Source: Spironucleus salmonicida (taxonomy: Eukaryota). Taken from it: a stretch of DNA of 64,000 nucleotides. The translations under genes and the position numbers were made by a program. Under the pieces are notes generated by a model. It saw only the letters and a list, made by a program, of their open reading frames with translations. It was not told the origin of the DNA and did not search any database. This document shows, one piece after another, positions 63,591-64,000 of the stretch. The stretch lies in assembly GCF_000497125.1 (NCBI RefSeq), contig NC_090597.1:1127797-1191796 (forward strand). The letters are read 5' to 3'. How positions within the stretch are numbered: the first letter of the stretch is position 1; every line of letters begins with the position of its first letter.

Positions 63591-64000
63591 CTCTTTATTT
63601 AACACAGTAAACGAGCATTATGCCTTAAGTACAGGTATGATGCTAGTATAGATCAAATTTAAGTAGTATTGTACTAAATTCAACGACAAATTAGTTCTAG
63701 TTGATAGTTATTGTATTCTCTAGTTTTAACTTTACTAATTATTTTTATTTTCCTAATTATGATAATATTTAGTTTATAGTGATTTTAATAATATAGTTTA
63801 TTAATATATTATATATACAATACTTAATTATATTAAATTCTATTTAATGTTAATATATATTATTTTAATATAATATAAATATATGTATTTATTTTATTTA
63901 ACTTTTAATAATTTTGTGCGAATCTATTATTAGTAGAATAGTAAAAATTTGTATCTGCCACTCCTTAAATGCATCGTCGTCGCCTTTCACCTTCCTTTCA

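Noticed and set aside
1-64000. CRISPR arrays, rRNA, telomeric or long tandem repeats
   Set aside because: None seen; only short AT microsatellite-like tracts in intergenic DNA

Overview
Gene-dense, AT-rich, apparently intronless eukaryotic DNA using the non-standard nuclear code (TAA/TAG = Gln, TGA the only stop). This, plus CXXC cysteine-rich membrane proteins, many small Myb genes and AGTGA stop/poly(A) overlap, points to a hexamitid diplomonad, most likely Spironucleus salmonicida (inferred). The supplied standard-code ORF track fragments most genes; CDS coordinates below were re-read by hand with TAR = Gln. About 50 CDSs include ATG18/WIPI, Yip1, NHP2, a membrane-anchored cathepsin, DP/E2F, two CDC48, an SLC35F-like transporter, MED31, a minimal histone fold, six Mybs, an RCK kinase, a degenerate CTP synthase, YTM1, RPL7A and RSP3. 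There is a tRNA-Gly(TCC) and an atypical intron-bearing tRNA-like gene. The most striking structure is three near-identical repeat pairs: a 3.5 kb inverted repeat, a 2 kb inverted repeat forming the shared core of two CDC48 paralogs with divergent tails, and a 1.3 kb direct repeat. In the last two, the boundaries coincide with sharp GC-rich islands lacking TAA/TAG Gln codons, suggesting ongoing GC-biased gene conversion and possibly invertible segments.
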